The notes: generated by a model not told the origin, from the sequence alone. A DNA stretch of 64,000 nucleotides from Candidatus Poribacteria bacterium (GCA_965116925.1 OZ220744.1:2336001-2400000), one strand, 5' to 3'; positions 10,609 through 21,433 are shown, counted from the stretch's first letter. Made by a program: numbers and translations.

Positions 10609-12951
10609 CTAAAAACCTGGTCCGATTGTGAAGTGGAATTTCCCTCTACCGCTTTCAATTTCTCGATCAAACCCGTAGCCCCATTCAAGGCGTGCCAACA
10701 TGCCCATCAGATCAAAGCGAACTCCGACGCCCGCGCCTTTCTTGAGTGTAAAATCACTGAAGACGTTCGGAATGCTTTCGTCCCATACCTGTCCTACATC
10801 AAAGAACGCAACGGCGGTCAACTGATTTGCAAGTGGAATGCGATATTCCAGATTCGCGTAGAGGACTTTGTTACCGCCATTAAAGTTAATTTCGCCGTTC
10901 TTGTTTCTGGGAAAGATTTCAAAGTCCTCATAACCGCGGACGGTGTCGATGCCGCCGAGCCGGTAGCGCTCATAGTATAGGAATCTCCAATCGCTACTTT
11001 GACTATTGAGGTATGATGCCCGCACATGGCCGGCGAGGACATGGTTAAACCAACTTCTAAAGAACCAACTTGAATCCGCGGAATATCTCTGAAACCTATT
11101 GTCCGCCCCGAAGAATCCACCTGCGTATTCATAAGAGAGGCTGTTGTGTGAGCCGGATACAGGTTCATGGAGACTTCGTTGATAGTCGCGTGTGTCTCTG
11201 GCGAGGCTGAAAGTTATACTGCGGGTGAGGCGACCATTGATCTCTTCCACCCCCGATCCGTATGCATCGACAGATTCATTTTTGAGACGAATTGATAGGT
11301 CTGTGTTTTTGGATAGGGGACGCCCGAACGTCAGAGACCCCCCGACCCGTTTATAGGTATATCGATCGTATCCCCGATCGCGAAAGATTGAGCCATAATA
11401 TCGATGCGTGCGCTGGGTGTTGTACAGGCTAGTACTGAAACGGGTTGGTGTTCCCAAGATCCAGGGGGTACTGAAGCGGAGTTCGCCGGTATGCCGATCG
11501 CGCGCCCCGAGTTCACCTTTCAGGTGTATCCGAAAAGCGCGTCCCCAGAGGTTGTTTTCACCAATCTGTGCTACCCCAAAGATGCCGCCTTCTGTGCCGT
11601 AGCCTCCACCAAGGCTGAGTAGTCCGGTGCGCGGTGATTCTGTGATGGTGACAATTAGATCTCGGATAGCACCTTCGGAATTGCTTGGAACGAACTCTAC
11701 GTTACGAATAAACGATCCCATCCGAAAGATTCGCTGTCGTGCTTTCCGTAGTGCCTGCACGTCGTAAAATTCTCCGGGTTTGATATCCAGTTGGTCCAAT
11801 TCGCGTCGGATAACGTAGTCTTTTGTTTTTTCTAAACCGTTGATGTGAACGTCGCCAATGATGATGACATCGCCTTCGGTGATGTTTAGCGTCAGGTCCA
11901 CAATACCGTTGATTTCATCAAAATCGGGGGATGCGTCCACTCGTGACAGGAGGTATCCTTTGTTTTGGTATTCTTCCTCAATCTTGGCAAGTGTTTCCTC
12001 GAACTCTCCGCGATTAAAAATTTCTCCTTCAGTCGGGCTCAACATATCGCGAATCTTTTCTTCGGAAAATGCGGGTTTTTCGGAGTGCGTGAGATTAACC
12101 GTATACGTCCCAACGATAAATTGTGGACCTTCATCAATAGCGATGTCGAGCATTAGTTCTGTTTTATCATCGGAAAATCGTTTGTCATGTTTAGTAATTC
12201 TTGCTTGATTGAATCCCCCGTCTTGGTAGTATCGCACTAAAGTGGTCAGATCTTCCTCGAAGAAATTCTCATCAAAATGCTTACCTGTTCGGGTTTTCAT
12301 CTGCTTGCTCAGTGATTTTGGTGCAAGATTATCGTTACCGATGAAGTTGATTTCTTGGACTTTAATCCGTTGCCCTTCCGTGATCTCAAATGTTACGGCT
12401 ATTGTGTTGGTGTCGGAATCAATATCCTTATGCGTTTGGACCTCTGCCAGAAAGTAACCTGCTTCTTTGTACATTTTCAGGATATTCTGTTTGCTTTTCC
12501 AGAGCCGTTGCTCATTGAAAAGTTCTCCCGGTTTCAGATTGATTGCTTCTTTTATTTTTTTATATTTCAACTGCTCGTTGCCGATAATGTTGATGTTGCC
12601 CTCGATTTTAGGGTTTGGGATGAGTCGATAGATAACCTTCAATCCGCTCCCTTGAGCGGGTTCGACATCAACGAGAATGTCCTCAAAAAAGCCGGTATCC
12701 TTATAGAGGTTTTTGCTATCCTGTGATAACTGGTAAGGAGAGATTTCCTCGCCAACACGGGTTTGTATGATACTTTTAATTAAACCCTCTGATTCCTCCA
12801 TTATCCCTTCAAACTCGATCTCTTTTATCTGTAATGTCTCGTCAACTGTTTTCGTGGGCTTCGGTTCTTCCTCATCGGCAGCAAGGACTGTCGATAGCAT
12901 AACGCACATCAACCCCACTAATAAACCGATTCGCCAGCATATCACTTTCAT
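10609..12951 (-). CDS. bamA: Outer membrane protein assembly factor BamA
   Basis: POTRA domains, VRGY motif, C-terminal FHFTIGPGF. Confidence 0.95.
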   Translation of the reverse strand: MKVICWRIGLLVGLMCVMLSTVLAADEEEPKPTKTVDETLQIKEIEFEGIMEESEGLIKSIIQTRVGEEISPYQLSQDSKNLYKDTGFFEDILVDVEPAQGSGLKVIYRLIPNPKIEGNINIIGNEQLKYKKIKEAINLKPGELFNEQRLWKSKQNILKMYKEAGYFLAEVQTHKDIDSDTNTIAVTFEITEGQRIKVQEINFIGNDNLAPKSLSKQMKTRTGKHFDENFFEEDLTTLVRYYQDGGFNQARITKHDKRFSDDKTELMLDIAIDEGPQFIVGTYTVNLTHSEKPAFSEEKIRDMLSPTEGEIFNRGEFEETLAKIEEEYQNKGYLLSRVDASPDFDEINGIVDLTLNITEGDVIIIGDVHINGLEKTKDYVIRRELDQLDIKPGEFYDVQALRKARQRIFRMGSFIRNVEFVPSNSEGAIRDLIVTITESPRTGLLSLGGGYGTEGGIFGVAQIGENNLWGRAFRIHLKGELGARDRHTGELRFSTPWILGTPTRFSTSLYNTQRTHRYYGSIFRDRGYDRYTYKRVGGSLTFGRPLSKNTDLSIRLKNESVDAYGSGVEEINGRLTRSITFSLARDTRDYQRSLHEPVSGSHNSLSYEYAGGFFGADNRFQRYSADSSWFFRSWFNHVLAGHVRASYLNSQSSDWRFLYYERYRLGGIDTVRGYEDFEIFPRNKNGEINFNGGNKVLYANLEYRIPLANQLTAVAFFDVGQVWDESIPNVFSDFTLKKGAGVGVRFDLMGMLARLEWGYGFDREIESGRGKFHFTIGPGF

Positions 12952-13007
12952 TGCTTTCCTCCTCCATTTTCTCGGTGGTACAAATTATCTGACGTTCACG
13001 ATGGACC

Positions 13008-13883
13008 TCATTCGGGATAAATACGGGTTCCCAATGCATCCGTAACGTGATGAAATTCTTCAATCAGCTTTTGCGTAACGGTGCCCGGAGAGCCATTGCC
13101 AACGATGCGTTGATCTATTTTAACAACAGGAATAACTTCTGCAGCGGTTCCCGTTAGAAAGCATTCTTCGGCGGTATAGAGGTCGTGTCGGGTAAACACC
13201 TTTTCTTCAACAGTGATGCCCAATTCGCGCGCCAAGTCAATGACAGTATTACGGGTGACTCCCTCCAAGATGCCGAGATGGGTGGGCGGTGTGACAATCA
13301 CATTATCTTTAAGAAAAAAGATGTTGTCGCCGCTGCATTCGACAACATATCCCTCCGCATTCAGCATGAGCACTTCTTCGACACCAGCCTGTTTGCCTTC
13401 TATCTTTGCCAAGATATTGTTGAGATAATTCAATGACTTGATGCGAGGACTGACGGCTTCAGCATAATTTCGGCGCACAGAAACAGTAACGATTTCTAAA
13501 CCATCTTCGTAAAAATTCGGGGGGTAGAGTGTAATTTTATCCGTGATGATGATAATGGTCGGTAGGGGACACTTATCCGGATCCAAACCGAGATCGCCGA
13601 CACCGCGAGTTACCACCAGACGGATATAAGCATCGTGCAGCTGATTTCGGCGGAGCGTCTCCAATACCGCTTCTTCCATGCTCTCAATGGAGATGGGGAT
13701 TTCGAGCATAATGGCTTTTGCCGAATCGTAGAGACGTTGTAGGTGCTCATCGAGCTTGAAGACACGCCCCTTGTAAGATCGGATGCCCTCAAAGACCCCG
13801 TCTCCGTAGAGTAGCCCGTGATCAAAAACAGAAATCTTTGCTTCTTCTTGCGGAAGGTATTCCCCATCAATATAAACTAACAT
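13008..13883 (-). CDS. ilvE: Branched-chain amino acid aminotransferase
   Basis: DHGLLYGDGVFEGIR, KSLNYLNN, LEGVTR, FLTGTAAEVIPV; start taken at MLVYIDG. Confidence 0.95.
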   Translation of the reverse strand: MLVYIDGEYLPQEEAKISVFDHGLLYGDGVFEGIRSYKGRVFKLDEHLQRLYDSAKAIMLEIPISIESMEEAVLETLRRNQLHDAYIRLVVTRGVGDLGLDPDKCPLPTIIIITDKITLYPPNFYEDGLEIVTVSVRRNYAEAVSPRIKSLNYLNNILAKIEGKQAGVEEVLMLNAEGYVVECSGDNIFFLKDNVIVTPPTHLGILEGVTRNTVIDLARELGITVEEKVFTRHDLYTAEECFLTGTAAEVIPVVKIDQRIVGNGSPGTVTQKLIEEFHHVTDALGTRIYPE

Positions 13884-13947
13884 AGCGTTTTCCTCAAATC
13901 TACGACTCGCCGAATCTGCGAATCGTGCATTACAGATCACATATTTA

Positions 13948-14024
13948 TAGTGGATCTTAGAATTAATGAGACACTCCAAACCGGTGCAGTTGAAAACCGC
14001 ACCTGCCGGGGGAAGGTGTCTATT
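13948..14024. repeat. Partial TA-MITE carrying a REP palindrome
   Basis: TAGTGGATCTTAGAATTAATGAGACACT end shared with 5812, 16207 and 19448; contains CCGGTGCAGTTGAAAACCGCACC. Confidence 0.55.
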
Positions 14025-14029
14025 AACAG

Positions 14030-14710
14030 TTACACCGGGTCAAATACTTGACCGTCCACGAGCTGAATCAACCGATCGGCGCGTTGGGCGAGCGTCTGGT
14101 TATGTGTCACGATGATAAACGTTTGGTTGAATTGGTCATTAAGCGTCCAGAGTAAGTCGTGCACCGCTTCACTCGTTTTTTGGTCAAGATTGCCCGTTGG
14201 CTCATCTGCCAACACAACCTTTGGTTGATTGACTAAAGCGCGGGCTATGGCGACGCGCTGTCGTTCACCACCGGAAAGCTCCGATGGACGATGTTCGAGT
14301 CGTTCCCCCAAACCGACATATTCTAGCAACTCTTTGGCTCGATCCTGTGCAACATCGGCTTCTTGCCGAGCAATCAGCCCCGGCATCGCCACGTTTTCAA
14401 GCGCAGTGAACTCCGGTAAAAGATGATGGAACTGAAAAACAAAACCGATCTCTTCGTTGCGGAATCGATCCAGTTCATGGTCATTCAATGCGAAGATGTC
14501 CTCTTTTTCATAGAAGATTGTTCCGTCTGTTGGACGGTCTAACCCGCCAAGTAGATGAAGCAGCGTACTTTTTCCGACCCCGGAGGCACCGACAATTGCT
14601 ACAATCTCTGCCTTCTTGACCCTCAAATCAACTCCTTTGAGTACCGGAAGTTCTATTAAGCCGTCGTAGTAAGACTTATATAGATCAACAATGCGGATGA
14701 GGTTATTCAT
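14030..14710 (-). CDS. lolD: Lipoprotein-releasing ABC transporter ATP-binding protein
   Basis: GASGVGKST, FVFQFHHLLPEF, LSGGERQRVAIARAL, ADEPTGNLD. Confidence 0.9.
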   Translation of the reverse strand: MNNLIRIVDLYKSYYDGLIELPVLKGVDLRVKKAEIVAIVGASGVGKSTLLHLLGGLDRPTDGTIFYEKEDIFALNDHELDRFRNEEIGFVFQFHHLLPEFTALENVAMPGLIARQEADVAQDRAKELLEYVGLGERLEHRPSELSGGERQRVAIARALVNQPKVVLADEPTGNLDQKTSEAVHDLLWTLNDQFNQTFIIVTHNQTLAQRADRLIQLVDGQVFDPV

Positions 14711-16169
14711 GGCGGAGTGCCTCAACGGGGTTTAGAGCAGCTGCTTTATGTGCCGGATACAACGCGGCAAGCCAGCAGGTTCCAATTGACAAGAGGTTCA
14801 TAAGAATAACGAATATCCAACTAATTCTGACCGGCAATCGGTTAAGTTGATACACACCGCTCAAATTTTTTCCGAGAATGTCATTAAGGTAAATGGGCTG
14901 CGCGATAAAAAAGAGAGACAGTGCGGCTGCGATACACCAGATTAAAAGGAATCCTGTTGCGTTAATGGGCAACGGTTCGATATACCGGCACACATGCAGC
15001 ACAATTGGCAGCAGCAGGAACAGCAGACCGTACAAGCGTGAGACATTGCCGATTTGAAACTCAAGCCGCCAGCAGACATACACGCCGAGTGCTGTCCCTA
15101 AGATAGATCCCAAGATGCCAATAATCCCGCCTTGGAAGATGAAAAGTTTTCTGATTCCTTTTTTCGATGCTCCCATTGCCCTGAGAATACCGATGTCCTG
15201 TGTTTTTTCCATCACCATCATAATGAGGGTGCTTGCGATATTGAACACTGCGACGAGGATGATGAGTGCGACGACAACCATTGTCACAACTTTTTCAAGT
15301 TGGAGTGCTTCAAAAAACTCCGCGCGCGATTCCATCCATGTCATTGTTATCGGTACCGCACCTAAGCCTGGGGCAAGACGGATCTCTTGTTTAATACGAT
15401 TGCTGACCTTCGGTGCCATATCTGCATGAACGAGGCGAACCTCAATAAGGTTGATCTGATCCGGCTTTTGGTAGAGCGTCTGCGCGGTTTGTAGGTCAAT
15501 AAAGCCGTAAACATTGTCGTGGAGATAAAGCCCGGATTGGTAAAGCCCGACGACCACAAAATTCCTCATCAACGGCAGAAAAGCACCAGGATTGGCGGGA
15601 TTTTTCACCATCTTAGAGATAAGGCGCAACACATCTCCCGGAACGACACCGATTCTCCGAGCGACGTGGTAGCCCAGAACAATACCGCCGGCGATCGTCT
15701 CCTTTCCTGCCAAGCGCATTTGCGCTTCATCTATGAACTGCGATTGATTAAAGGACTCAAAATCCTTTACGTAACTTGAAAACCCTGTGACGTGATCTTC
15801 TTGTTGCAGATCAATCCCTTTTACGGGAATCACGGTTTCAAGTGCCTCGCTGCCTTGGGGTTGAAGGGCAAGTGGTCTAAGGATTACAGGGGCAGCGGCA
15901 ACGACTCCTTCGATTTTTTCGATCTGATCAATCTTTTCCTGATAATTCGGAAAATGACCGTGTACCGATCGGACGATTATGTGGGCTTCATTAACAAGGA
16001 ATTTCTCTTTAATCTCATGCCCGAAACCTTCCAAGGTAGAAACCACGATAATGACAGCGGCAATGCCGAGGGTAACCCCGCTCACGGAAATAATACTAAT
16101 AATCGAGATAAAGGCTTGTTTTCGTCGTGATTTCAGATAGCGGGATGCTATAAGCCATTCATATTTCAT
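14703..16169 (-). CDS. lolE: Lipoprotein-releasing ABC transporter permease (LolC/E)
   Basis: MKYEWLIASRYLKS, MMVMEKTQDIGILRAMGAS, LYPAHKAAALNPVEALRHE. Confidence 0.88.
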   Translation of the reverse strand: MKYEWLIASRYLKSRRKQAFISIISIISVSGVTLGIAAVIIVVSTLEGFGHEIKEKFLVNEAHIIVRSVHGHFPNYQEKIDQIEKIEGVVAAAPVILRPLALQPQGSEALETVIPVKGIDLQQEDHVTGFSSYVKDFESFNQSQFIDEAQMRLAGKETIAGGIVLGYHVARRIGVVPGDVLRLISKMVKNPANPGAFLPLMRNFVVVGLYQSGLYLHDNVYGFIDLQTAQTLYQKPDQINLIEVRLVHADMAPKVSNRIKQEIRLAPGLGAVPITMTWMESRAEFFEALQLEKVVTMVVVALIILVAVFNIASTLIMMVMEKTQDIGILRAMGASKKGIRKLFIFQGGIIGILGSILGTALGVYVCWRLEFQIGNVSRLYGLLFLLLPIVLHVCRYIEPLPINATGFLLIWCIAAALSLFFIAQPIYLNDILGKNLSGVYQLNRLPVRISWIFVILMNLLSIGTCWLAALYPAHKAAALNPVEALRHE

Positions 16170-16206
16170 AGAGCATAAAACTTACGTTAATGCCAAGGCA
16201 AATTTA

Positions 16207-16374
16207 TAGTAGATTTTAGAATTAATTGGACACTATGAACGAGCACGTCAGAAACTTGTTGGCAGGGTTACGACATACGGTGCACGCCTCCGGTGTAAAG
16301 GTCAATCTGCCATAAGTAGCGCGAACTGTTAGTTTGCGGTTTGGGATCATAATCTAACAGATTGTGGTACAAAA
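16207..16374. repeat. MITE end plus REP repeats
   Basis: 16204-16313 is an inverted copy of 6203-6312; 16316-16374 is homologous to 56257-56314 and (inverted) to 5768-5811. Confidence 0.65.
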
Positions 16375-16375
16375 T

Positions 16376-16642
16376 TTACCATTTCTCCTTTGGTAAAATT
16401 TCTCCGGCTAAGGTCGCCGCTGTTTCTGCCCACTGCAATTCTTCAGGCTGTTGCATCTGCTGTTCACAATAAATGTTTTCGAGTTCCTGCGGATTGATCT
16501 GTCCAATGAATTGTTGACAAGCCATCTCAATAAACTCCTCGCGATTATAGCGAAGTTGCTCCGCACACTCATCTATTACCCTGAGCAGGGTGGAGTTCAA
16601 CGAAACGGAAACCTCTATTTTTTTTAAGATTTGTTTGTCCAT
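16376..16642 (-). CDS. Ribbon-helix-helix/CopG-like antitoxin (orphan)
   Basis: VSVSLNSTLLRVIDECAEQLRYNREEFIEMAC RHH-like pattern, acidic C-terminus ending in W; no toxin ORF follows. Confidence 0.6.
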   Translation of the reverse strand: MDKQILKKIEVSVSLNSTLLRVIDECAEQLRYNREEFIEMACQQFIGQINPQELENIYCEQQMQQPEELQWAETAATLAGEILPKEKW

Positions 16643-16724
16643 ACCTTCTATCTCTCTTGCCGCGTAGGGTAAGAGGTCCGATGCAGCTGCGCTATCTCCA
16701 TCAGAAGATTTTATTCTTCACGTA

Positions 16725-18203
16725 TCAGTCTGATCGTTCCGGACGCATCTGTGGGAATAGAATCACATCACGGATTGAGGTCTGATCTGTGAGCAACATG
16801 GCGAGTCGGTCGATGCCGAAGCCAAGCCCGCCTGTCGGCGGCATGCCGTACTCTAATGCTCGCAGATAGTCCTCATCGATCATCAACGCATCTTCAGCCC
16901 CATCTTCCCCCTTCTTGGCCCCCTCAATAAATCGCTCACGCTGATCTATTGGATCGTTCAGTTCACTGAAGGCGTTGCCCATCTCCATGCGAGCGATGAA
17001 GAACTCAAACCGTTCAACGAAGCGATCGCTTCCACGTTTCTTTTTGGCAAACGGCGAAATTTCGATGGGATAATCGTAAATGAATGTCGGTTGAACGAGG
17101 TTTGGTTCGACGTACGCCTCAAAGAGTTCGGCAATAAGTTTTCCTCTAGGGGCTGCACCTTCTAAATCAACGCCAGCGTCCAATACCGCATCGCGCAATT
17201 CTCCGTCGGTCAACTCATCAACATCAATGCCAGCTTCTTCCTTTATCGATTCAATCATCGTCAATCTGCGCCAAGGCGGATCGAGTGAGATAGAATCGCC
17301 TTTATAGGTGATCTGCGTTGTGCCGAGAACCGTTTGGGCAGCGTGTGCGAGTAGGTTTTCGGTTAAACACATCATATCTTGGTAGTCCGCGTATGCTTGA
17401 TAAAGCTCAATCATCGTGAATTCGGGACTGTGATCGTGGTCTATCCCTTCATTCCGAAAATCCCTCGAAAATTCATAGACCCGATCGAACCCACCGACAA
17501 TGAGTCGTTTGAGATATAACTCGTTCGCGATGCGGAGGTAGAGCGGCATATCCAAGGCGTTGTGATGTGTGGTGAACGGACGCGCTGTAGCACCTCCATA
17601 GATTGGTTGAAGGATTGGTGTTTCAACTTCAATAAAACCGTCCTGATTGAGGTATTCGCGGATGGCTTGAACCATCCGTGTGCGGTTGATGAAAACCTGC
17701 ATGACTTCGGGATTCATCATCAAATCCGCATATCGTTGACGATACCGTGTCTCCTTATTCTGTAAGCCGTGCCACTTTTCTGGGGGAGGCCGGAGGGATT
17801 TGGCAAGGAGTTCAACTTCGTTCACCAACACCGTAATTTCGCCGGTTCGGGTACGAAAAACGGCTCCATCGACACCGATAACGTCGCCAACATCAAGCTT
17901 TCTATAGACTTGATAGGCTTCTTCTCCGACTGCATTTTGACGGACATAGATCTGGAGACGACCGGTCGCATCTTGCAGGTGTGCAAATCCACTTTTGCCG
18001 TGGTCACGCTTGGTCATAATCCGTCCGGCAAGGCGAACCGATTTTGTTTCGTCCGGCTGATCTCCGACCTCCGCAAATTGTTCACGGATTTCTTGGGTTG
18101 TATGGGTCGGTGAATATTTGTAAGCGTATGGGTCTACACCGAGCTGCCGAATTTCTTCCAGCTTTTCTCGGCGTTGGTCCATCAATGCACTTGAATCTTC
18201 CAA
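16725..18203 (-). CDS. lysS: Lysine--tRNA ligase (class II)
   Basis: PEKWHGL, RYRQRY, YLRIANELYLKRL, FRNEG, YGMPPTGGLGFGIDRL. Confidence 0.97.
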   Translation of the reverse strand: MEDSSALMDQRREKLEEIRQLGVDPYAYKYSPTHTTQEIREQFAEVGDQPDETKSVRLAGRIMTKRDHGKSGFAHLQDATGRLQIYVRQNAVGEEAYQVYRKLDVGDVIGVDGAVFRTRTGEITVLVNEVELLAKSLRPPPEKWHGLQNKETRYRQRYADLMMNPEVMQVFINRTRMVQAIREYLNQDGFIEVETPILQPIYGGATARPFTTHHNALDMPLYLRIANELYLKRLIVGGFDRVYEFSRDFRNEGIDHDHSPEFTMIELYQAYADYQDMMCLTENLLAHAAQTVLGTTQITYKGDSISLDPPWRRLTMIESIKEEAGIDVDELTDGELRDAVLDAGVDLEGAAPRGKLIAELFEAYVEPNLVQPTFIYDYPIEISPFAKKKRGSDRFVERFEFFIARMEMGNAFSELNDPIDQRERFIEGAKKGEDGAEDALMIDEDYLRALEYGMPPTGGLGFGIDRLAMLLTDQTSIRDVILFPQMRPERSD

Positions 18204-18300
18204 TTGTACGTTCCTTTACAGAGATTGCTAACAAGCTAGTATAGCATTTCTATAGTCTTTCGGCAATAAAAAACTAACTATCGCGCAGGCTGCACTCCCC

Positions 18301-19408
18301 TCATTTCTTGTCGGCTTTCGCGTCTTTTAGGTAGCTTTCAATAAACTGATCTAGTTCGCCATCCATAACGGCGTCGATATTTCCAGTTTCAACGCCCGTT
18401 CGCAGATCCTTCACGAGACGGTATGGGTGAAACACGTAGGAGCGGATCTGGCTGCCGAAATTGATATCGAGCCGATCGCCTTGCAGCTTTGAGATTTCTT
18501 CGTTTCGTTGCGCTTGAAAGTATTCATAGACCCGTGACCGTAAAACCTTCATCGCCATCTCACGATTCTTGTGTTGCGATCTTTCGTTTTGGCATTGTGC
18601 GACGATTCCGGTGGGTAGATGGGTCATTCGGACTGCTGAGTCGGTGCGGTTGACATGCTGCCCACCGGCGCCGCCTGATCTATAGGTTTCGACACGCAGA
18701 TCCGCCGGATCGATTTCAACGTCAATGTTATCACTAATTTCGGGGGAGACAGCGACAGCTGCAAATGAGGTGTGACGGCGATTATTAAAATCGAAGGGAG
18801 AGAGACGCACGAGACGATGGATGCCTGCTTCTGCACGAAGATAGCCGTAGGCATACTCACCTGTGACCAAGATGGTCGCGCTCTTGATACCGGCTTCCTC
18901 GCCGGGCAGTAGTTCGATGGTTTCGGTTTTGTAGTTACGCGCCTCGCACCAGCGGAGATGCATCCGCATCAACATGGCTGCCCAGTCTTGGGATTCGGTG
19001 CCACCTGCGCCGGGATGGATGCTCAAGATTGCATTGTTCAGATCGTGCTCGCCACTGAGCATCAGTTTAAATTCAATCTCTTCAACCTCTGCCGTGATTC
19101 CTTTCAGATCCGCTTGAATTTCGTTGCTTACGGTCTGGTCATCTTCCTCAATTGCAAGTCCGAGCAGCAGTTGCAGATCTTCGAGTTGGGCGTGGAGTTT
19201 CCGATATCTCTCTACATCTTCTCGCAGGTTGGAGACCCGTTGTGTAATTTTTTGGGCATTCTGGGGATCATTCCAAAATTCGGGCTTTGCTGTTTCCTCT
19301 TGAAGGGTTTCGAGTTCTTTTTCCTTATTCGTTAAGTCAAAGATGCCCCCTAAGTTCAAGGAGTCGAGCGGTCATTCCTTCAACTTCAGATTTTAAGTCT
19401 GCGAGCAT
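18301..19408 (-). CDS. prfB: Peptide chain release factor 2, programmed +1 frameshift
   Basis: SPF and GGQ motifs; first frame MLADLKSEVEGMTARLLELRGHL (ATG 19408) ends at CTT-TGA-C (19342-19336) with internal SD AGGGGG (19351-19346). Confidence 0.97.
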
Positions 19409-19447
19409 TGTGTATGTCCTTTCTGGTCTTGAGTAGAGATATATTTA

Positions 19448-19637
19448 TAGTGGATCTTAGAATTAATTGGACACTGTAAATCGGCGAGGTTAGGCCCCCT
19501 CGCCTACCGGGGAGGGAAAAACCCGGGCAATGACCCCGGTAGGTGCGGTTTGTAACCGCACCGCATCGGCGCAGTTGGAAACAGCGCCTACCAAACACAG
19601 GTGGCGAAAGTGTCTATTTATTTTTAGAATTCACCAT
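19448..19637. mobile_element. About 190-bp TA-flanked MITE containing REP palindromes
   Basis: Ends TAGTGGATCTTAGAATTAATTGGACACT...AGTGTCTATTTATTTTTAGAATTCACCA, TA on both sides; internal GTAGGTGCGGTTTGTAACCGCACC. Confidence 0.65.
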
Positions 19638-19717
19638 AGTATTGTGTGGCGTTCTGTTTTGAATTTCCTGCTTTATTGGTCGCGCTGCCTTCCGAATCTG
19701 TGTTCATCGACTGGTGA

Positions 19718-21292
19718 TTATGCGTTTCGTCTGAGCTTGGAAGCGATCCAAGCTCGGTGGTGGTAGAGGATTAGGAGAACGCTCACAAGGAAACATAGGA
19801 TTGGGAACCAATCGCCGTAGCGCGTATAAACGGTTCCCCCGTGATTGCTCAATGGGATCCTCGCTACTAGGAAATTTTCTGTATCATTAGCTTGAATCGG
19901 CGGCGTGGTTATCCTGCCGAGCGCATCAATTATACACGATATGCCTCCGTTGGCGCAACGGAAAACGGCTACACGGTTTTCGACTGCGCGGAAGGGTGCC
20001 ATAGCAAGATGCTGTTCTGGGGCTGCTGTTCCGTCGAACCACGCATCGTTGGTAAGGATTCCCATGACGGACGCCCCTTTTTTGACAAATTTGCGGAAGA
20101 GGTTCGGGAACACGGACTCAAAGCAGATTACGACTCCCATTTGGCTGTTTTCCGTGCGAGGAATGGGAAAGAGATCGATTGATTTTCCCGGCTCAAATCC
20201 GGAGGAGAGTTGGATAAAGTTGGGGAGGTGACGGGTGATCGGGACGTATTCGCCAAAGGGGACAAGGTGCATCTTGGAGTAGCTGCCAAGTTTTTCGCTG
20301 GTCGGGGATAGCAGGAACACGGTGTTATACATTTTTCCGTCGAGGGCCGTATGCGTTCCTGTGAGCAGGTGTATCTGCCTTTCATTTAGTATCTGCTTCA
20401 ATTTTGCGAGGTAGACGTTCCCTTCAAAGATGAATATTCTGCCGTGCAGAGCGGTTTCAGGCAGCACGATGAGGTCGGGTTCTTCGGCGTCTGCTGCTTT
20501 TACTAGATTCATATATCTCTCAAAGATTTGGGGCAAGTATGTGGGATCCCACTTTTCGATCTGTGGCACATTGCCGGGGACAAGGGCAATTTTGACATCT
20601 GAGGCGGTCTTAATGGGCTTGGACAACACTTGTGCGCCGTAGATAAGGCAGGCGATGACAATCACGATGGGAATGATGCGTGAAACGTGAAACGTGAAAC
20701 GTGAAGAGGTCTTAGGGGCAGTCGGTTGGTTTTTGGATATGAAATGAGTGTGGACTATATCTGCGATTGTAGTGTTGAGGAGGACGACGATGAAACTGAT
20801 ACCGTGTACGCCTGTGAATGATGCGATCTGGATTGCTGGTAGGTTATTCCACTGCGTATAGCCCATGCTGCCCCACGGGAAACCTGTCAGAAACCAGCTT
20901 CGCACCCATTCTAACCCTATCCATATCGTAGGCACGATGAAGATGAAGGGCAGCCCGGATTTCCATGGGAGTCCATGTAGCAGCGCAGAAAAAATGCCGA
21001 AGTATACCGCGAGATAGCCTGCGAGCAGCAGGCAGGCGAATGTGGTCAGGAAGATGTTTGCAAAGGGATAGAGTAGGGCGATCCAGTAGATCAGTCCGAG
21101 GAAGAAGATTGCGCCGGTGAGGTAGCCGTGTAGAAAAGCGGACTTCCAAGTGGACGTGGATTGTAGGGCAATCAGTAGGGGGATAAGGCTGATCCATGCC
21201 AGTGGGTAGAGGTTGAAACTTGGGAAGCTGAGGATGAGTAGGATGCCGGATATACAGGCGAGGATCCAGGTTTGGTAGCGTTTTATGTGCAT
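19718..21292 (-). CDS. lnt: Apolipoprotein N-acyltransferase
   Basis: GFPW, LPETA, KMHLVPFGEYVP, ICFES, TNDAWF, RAVEN, ANGGIS. Confidence 0.95.
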   Translation of the reverse strand: MHIKRYQTWILACISGILLILSFPSFNLYPLAWISLIPLLIALQSTSTWKSAFLHGYLTGAIFFLGLIYWIALLYPFANIFLTTFACLLLAGYLAVYFGIFSALLHGLPWKSGLPFIFIVPTIWIGLEWVRSWFLTGFPWGSMGYTQWNNLPAIQIASFTGVHGISFIVVLLNTTIADIVHTHFISKNQPTAPKTSSRFTFHVSRIIPIVIVIACLIYGAQVLSKPIKTASDVKIALVPGNVPQIEKWDPTYLPQIFERYMNLVKAADAEEPDLIVLPETALHGRIFIFEGNVYLAKLKQILNERQIHLLTGTHTALDGKMYNTVFLLSPTSEKLGSYSKMHLVPFGEYVPITRHLPNFIQLSSGFEPGKSIDLFPIPRTENSQMGVVICFESVFPNLFRKFVKKGASVMGILTNDAWFDGTAAPEQHLAMAPFRAVENRVAVFRCANGGISCIIDALGRITTPPIQANDTENFLVARIPLSNHGGTVYTRYGDWFPILCFLVSVLLILYHHRAWIASKLRRNA

Positions 21293-21433
21293 ATTAGCTT
21301 AATGGAGTATTTTGAATGTATCCTTTTTTCGCTTCGAGAGCTTCGGCAATTCAGCGCACAACATTAATTTACTGAATTCGTTTTAATCAATAATTCTTTT
21401 ACTTGCTGCCTTACTTACTTCCTGTGCACAGAA

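Noticed and set aside
13884..13979. N-terminal extension of ilvE in the ORF track
   Set aside because: Runs through a MITE end; homology begins at MLVYIDG with a GAGGA RBS
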